Shown: piece by piece, positions 60,213 through 64,000 of the stretch | How positions within the stretch are numbered: position 1 is the first letter of the stretch | Layout of the letters: each line of letters starts with the position of its first letter | NCBI GenBank assembly: GCA_000002435.2 | Contig: CM018790.1 | Length of the DNA stretch: 64,000 nucleotides | Origin: Giardia intestinalis | Lineage: Eukaryota | Direction: 5' to 3' (one strand) | Notes under the pieces: generated by a model | Told to the model about the DNA's origin: nothing | Databases searched by the model: none | The model's input: the letters and a program-made list of their open reading frames with translations, nothing else | Translations under genes and position numbers: made by a program

Positions 60213-61301
60213 TCATCCCCTTCGACCGCAGATGACACCCCTACCTACAGTATTATGAATGGAGCCGCGGGCATTAGCCTCCCGTGCGAGGGTGAAAGCC
60301 ATTCGGTCAAGTTGTCGTTGACGCTGAATCATGTCCTCTTGAGATACTGAGTCTTTTGAATGGTTAAGCGATGTCTGTATTTCGGAAGGCACAATGAGAG
60401 ATTTGGCTCCGTAGTGGTCACGCATGTACTGCTCAAAGCTGGGACCTGCTCCTTCTATACGCTTGTTCATGTACGCGGCTGCCACGGACTGGGGCTGATC
60501 CGGGAGGGAAGGGGTCCTGCTTGCTGTGGGCAGAACAACAGAGCGCTTGGACAGGAGTTCATCTGCCGTCAAGGCGCGAGCTGGCGCATCCTCTGATTGA
60601 GTGGTTTTAGTTTGGGGAATGACGGCTGTTGACTTCCTGATGAGCGTCCTCTTGGTAAGCTCCGCCTCGCCCAGATACTCGCTTTCCCGGGTCTCTGGAA
60701 GTAGGTATGCATCTGGAATATAGTGCTTTTTGCTGCGCCTGTACTGCTTGAACTCAGCCCCCCAAAGACGAATGGATGCATCCAGCATGAGGAAGTTGTT
60801 GGGTTGGGCCTTGAAGTCATGCATGTCGTACACCTTCGAGAGGAAGGCCAGCAACTTCGGAGAGGGTCGATCGAAAGCCCAGCCCTGAGCGGAGATATGC
60901 GTGTGAAGCTCCATGGCGCGGAAGAGCCGTGTTCCGATCCCTCGGCGCTGCACCGTCTCATGGGTGTAGAAGTCCAGGCAACACATCGCGTCCATCTCGT
61001 GGGTCTCGTTCTGGCTGTCGAGCATAAAGAGATGCTTGATGCCTCCCTTCAGGATCCCGAGGCACTGGTCCTCATCGACAGCTAAGAACAGGAAGTGGTG
61101 GGAATCGCGAATGAATGCCAGGCTAGTTATGGGGCTCGGGAGACCTTGTGCTGCCTGAGACCCGCGCCCCATGCCGTCCAAGATGATCTCGACCTTCTTC
61201 TGCTGGCTGAGAGGCATACTTCTTAGTGATTGATCTGTAAGGAGGACCACCCCGGACCGCCGGAGTCCGAAGGCCTCTGCAACGTTACATCCAAACTGCA
61301 T
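60213..61301 (-). CDS. Alpha-tubulin N-acetyltransferase (MEC-17/alphaTAT1 family)
   Basis: The track start is GTG and the first ATG is 61301 (MQFGCNV). The family core is FLFLAVDEDQCLGILKGGIKHLFMLD...CCLDFYTHETVQRRGIGTRLF...AFDRPSPKLLAFLSKVYDM (acetyl-CoA-binding Q-R-x-G-x-G and DRPS-KLL motifs). Confidence 0.75.
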   Translation of the reverse strand: MQFGCNVAEAFGLRRSGVVLLTDQSLRSMPLSQQKKVEIILDGMGRGSQAAQGLPSPITSLAFIRDSHHFLFLAVDEDQCLGILKGGIKHLFMLDSQNETHEMDAMCCLDFYTHETVQRRGIGTRLFRAMELHTHISAQGWAFDRPSPKLLAFLSKVYDMHDFKAQPNNFLMLDASIRLWGAEFKQYRRSKKHYIPDAYLLPETRESEYLGEAELTKRTLIRKSTAVIPQTKTTQSEDAPARALTADELLSKRSVVLPTASRTPSLPDQPQSVAAAYMNKRIEGAGPSFEQYMRDHYGAKSLIVPSEIQTSLNHSKDSVSQEDMIQRQRQLDRMAFTLAREANARGSIHNTVGRGVICGRRG

Positions 61302-61659
61302 GCTCGAGGCTCGACACACAAATCTGGACTACCTACTTCCTTTGCAAAAATCGATAAAAACGTCATAAACGCTGTAAAATTGAAATGTAGTGTAAGCAAA
61401 GGTATAAGGGTTGATGGCTATAAATCGAGCAATTCTATGCAGCATACCGTAGGGAGAATAACATGATGGCCTGGGCGATGTAAATCATGGGTTTGATTAT
61501 AACGGTTTACAATTTTGAAGAAAGCTTCGGAATCGTTTCTTGCAGGTAAGTGGTTCTGATTAGAATAGGTATGATTGTTGTGTATAGCCTGTAAACAAAA
61601 CCTCTACGCCTGTATTTTGTTAATTTTTATCCTATTATTTCGCAGGTTCATATATTTAA

Positions 61660-64000
61660 ATGATCATTCTTTTAGGTATACTTTTTGCCTCTCAAGCAGC
61701 GAAGTGTACGCACTCCTACCAGGTCAACGATTGCGCAGAGGACCATTGTGAGGAGATCAACGGCCATGAGCTGTGCACAGAGTGCAAGAACGATGGCTAC
61801 ATACCCTTCAATGGTTACTGCCTTAAATATGATAGTGGCCGATACTCCTCGTGCAAGAATGCAGATGGTTCAGCCATTACAAACCAAAAGAAATGTGGCA
61901 TGTGCACAGGCTCCATGCATCTATATAAAGGAGGCTGTTACTCGTGCGGCAACTTTTACCCCGGGAATCTTATTTGCAAGGAATGTGATAGAGGGGTTTG
62001 CACGTCTTGCACGTCTAACTTCTTCAAAAACCCTGCTGCGTCGCAAACGGTTGACTCGTGTGTTCGGTGCGATGACACAACGGGGGTGTCGGGCTATGTG
62101 GGTGTTACTGATTGTTTACGATGTTCGCTGCCGTCTAATTCTAAAGTAGCTAAGTGCCGCACATGCAAGCTCTCGACACACAAGCCCAATCTGGAAGGTA
62201 ACGCCTGCTATAAGTGCAGAACACCTGATTGCTATAGATGTAAGGCTGATAACGCTTGCGAGGTTTGCGGTAACTTTAAGTATCTTCAAGGGACAACTAA
62301 GCCCTATTGCGTTTCTGCATGTGGAGTAGGTTTCTACAGTGTATCAGTTCCTTCTCTCCAATGCAAGAAGTGCTCTGCTACATGCCGCGCCTGCGAAGGA
62401 CCTAATGAGAGAGATTGCACAGCCTGCCGTGAATCAGAGAATTATTTTTTGGCAGCAACAAATGGGGTAGGCAAATGCATTTCCTGTGGCGACGAACGTG
62501 GATACTCTGGCTGGATGGGTGTGGCAAACTGCAAGACTTGCTATCCTCCGAATGGCCCCGGAGTAGCTACGTGCAACAAGTGCGAGCGAGGCTATTCTCT
62601 TGTTGACGGAAAATGCAAAGCAGATTGTGATGACACCAGTGGTCAGTGTGCGGCAAAGGGGTGTCACGTTACTATAGGCGATAAAAGCTTCTGTTCTCTT
62701 TGTAATACGGGATATGCACCTGTCGACGGAATATGCACAACTGTTCAACCTGATAATCCGTCTGGCTGTGTTGCCAATAATGGACAATGTAACAAATGTG
62801 GCGCAGGCTATTTCCTTTATTATGGCGGATGTTACAGTGGCTCAACTGAAGTTCATAAGACCATCTGTTTGGAAGTTGGAACTGAGTCTGATCGTGTTGG
62901 GTTGTGTAAGACGTGCGCAGACGGATTTCAAAACAAAGATGGTGTATGTATACTCTGCTGGGACCCTGATTGTAAAGTGTGCAGCAAAGATACAACAAAG
63001 TGTGAAGTTTGCCGCGATGGATATTATGATCCTGAATTTTGCAAACGTTGTCATAGTAGCTGTAAGACATGTATGGGGGAAAGTTCAAAACAGTGCCTTA
63101 CGTGTCCTTCTAACCAATATCTGCGACCTATATACGATAATGCTGGAATGTGCGTAGAGAGTACAAACTGTGGCTATGGGATGTACGGGGACAGCTCTTC
63201 TTATAAGTGTGTCTCATGCAGCGCGGGATGTTTGACTTGTAAGGCGGCAGGGGACGACAAGTGCACATCTTGCCCTATTCGGACGCACTTTCTTGACGGA
63301 TCTGAAAGTGGTGCTGGACGCTGCATAGAATGCGGGAACACTACTAATGCCAAAGGGATTGATGGTTGTAGAGAATGTACCATGGAAAGTGACTCGGTTA
63401 AATGCCTTGTTTGCAAAGCTGGCTATACATTAGTTAATGGCAAATGCCAGTCCCACTGTCAGGATTCCAATTGCGCGGCGGGTTCGTGCGTGGTGGGAAT
63501 AGGCGAGAATCTGTACTGTAGCTTGTGCAAGACGGATGGACACGCGCCTGTGGACGGCATTTGCACTGATGTAACAAGCGCACACCCCAGCGGTTGCGTG
63601 ACTGGCGTAGGCTCTGACTCAGCGCGGAGCTGTCTTCAGTGTGGTGCGGGGTACTTCCTGTACATGGGTGGCTGCTACCAGGAGAACAAGGAGCCCGGAA
63701 AAAGCGTCTGTACTTGGGTCGGTATAGTTGGTTCTGTCAACAAAAACAACTACGGTCTCGGTCTTTGCAATGCATGTGCCGCCGGTTACGAGAACCAAGA
63801 CGGAATCTGCCGCCCCTGTACCACGGTGAATTGTGAGCGGTGCCGGATGGATGACCAGAGGGATGTGTGCACACACTGCATGGTCGGGTACGTTCTGGAT
63901 CAAGCAGGCACATGCACCACCAAGACCACAGGTTCATGTACGGTCCCAGATTGCGCCGAGTGTGCTGATGGCAGGAAGTGTCGGCGTTGTGGGCCCGGGT
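61660..64000 (+). CDS. High-cysteine membrane protein (HCMP), 5' portion; continues beyond the window end
   Basis: Not in the ORF track, because there is no stop within the window. The ATG at 61660 follows an in-frame TAA. The signal peptide is MIILLGILFASQAA. More than 700 codons follow without a stop, with dense CxxC/CxC spacing and repeated GGCY motifs (HLYKGGCYSCG, YFLYYGGCYSG, FLYMGGCYQEN). Confidence 0.85.
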   Translation, partial: MIILLGILFASQAAKCTHSYQVNDCAEDHCEEINGHELCTECKNDGYIPFNGYCLKYDSGRYSSCKNADGSAITNQKKCGMCTGSMHLYKGGCYSCGNFYPGNLICKECDRGVCTSCTSNFFKNPAASQTVDSCVRCDDTTGVSGYVGVTDCLRCSLPSNSKVAKCRTCKLSTHKPNLEGNACYKCRTPDCYRCKADNACEVCGNFKYLQGTTKPYCVSACGVGFYSVSVPSLQCKKCSATCRACEGPNERDCTACRESENYFLAATNGVGKCISCGDERGYSGWMGVANCKTCYPPNGPGVATCNKCERGYSLVDGKCKADCDDTSGQCAAKGCHVTIGDKSFCSLCNTGYAPVDGICTTVQPDNPSGCVANNGQCNKCGAGYFLYYGGCYSGSTEVHKTICLEVGTESDRVGLCKTCADGFQNKDGVCILCWDPDCKVCSKDTTKCEVCRDGYYDPEFCKRCHSSCKTCMGESSKQCLTCPSNQYLRPIYDNAGMCVESTNCGYGMYGDSSSYKCVSCSAGCLTCKAAGDDKCTSCPIRTHFLDGSESGAGRCIECGNTTNAKGIDGCRECTMESDSVKCLVCKAGYTLVNGKCQSHCQDSNCAAGSCVVGIGENLYCSLCKTDGHAPVDGICTDVTSAHPSGCVTGVGSDSARSCLQCGAGYFLYMGGCYQENKEPGKSVCTWVGIVGSVNKNNYGLGLCNACAAGYENQDGICRPCTTVNCERCRMDDQRDVCTHCMVGYVLDQAGTCTTKTTGSCTVPDCAECADGRKCRRCGPG

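Noticed and set aside
1-64000. Prokaryotic-style defence island, CRISPR array or operon
   Set aside because: The sequence is eukaryotic (VSP/HCMP, NEK-ankyrin kinases, monocistronic genes with AGTRAAY signals). No direct-repeat/spacer array exists. The only tandem microrepeat is an in-frame TTDN-coding triplet repeat at 43862-43890.

Overview
This 64-kb window reads as nuclear DNA from a diplomonad, most likely Giardia. That call rests on a textbook variant-specific surface protein (CXXC repeats, a GGCY motif, a transmembrane helix and a C-terminal CRGKA tail) at 18555-19814, a signal-peptide-bearing high-cysteine membrane protein (HCMP) running off the 3' end of the window, two NEK-type kinase plus ankyrin-repeat genes, short AT-rich initiators, AGTRAAY-type poly(A) signals and very short intergenic spacers.

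The window is gene-dense. About 30 intron-less genes lie on both strands. Recognisable products are an RNI-like leucine-rich-repeat protein, a NEK kinase with ankyrin repeats, a Kelch-repeat/coiled-coil protein, a calcineurin-like metallophosphoesterase, a DDX6/Dhh1-type DEAD-box helicase, a divergent kinase, an ArfGAP, a Tgs1-like cap trimethylguanosine synthase, a Dph1/Dph2 diphthamide-synthesis protein, a SWIM zinc-finger protein, cytosolic malate dehydrogenase, a TFIIS-type zinc-ribbon RNA-polymerase subunit, a Upf1-like SF1 helicase and an alpha-tubulin N-acetyltransferase (MEC-17 family). There are also several very large proteins without assignable domains, one of which carries an N-terminal transglutaminase-like domain.

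One tRNA-Asp(GTC) is present at 52971-53042.

The most unusual content is a non-coding, GC-rich repeat family present three times. Two copies are about 1 kb (22570-23597, and inverted at 35936-36981). One is about 3.1 kb (53487-56590). All three are bounded by inverted terminal segments of roughly 130 bp, and they share a core that is about 99% identical. One short copy abuts a NEK-kinase/ankyrin gene that has been destroyed by at least five frameshifts. The long copy is followed by an atypical gene desert of about 3 kb of AT-rich sequence.

The supplied ORF track uses non-ATG starts (GTG/TTG), so several gene starts were re-placed at the first in-frame ATG. The ORF track also missed the 3'-truncated HCMP gene. 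No prokaryote-style defence system, CRISPR array or rRNA is present.
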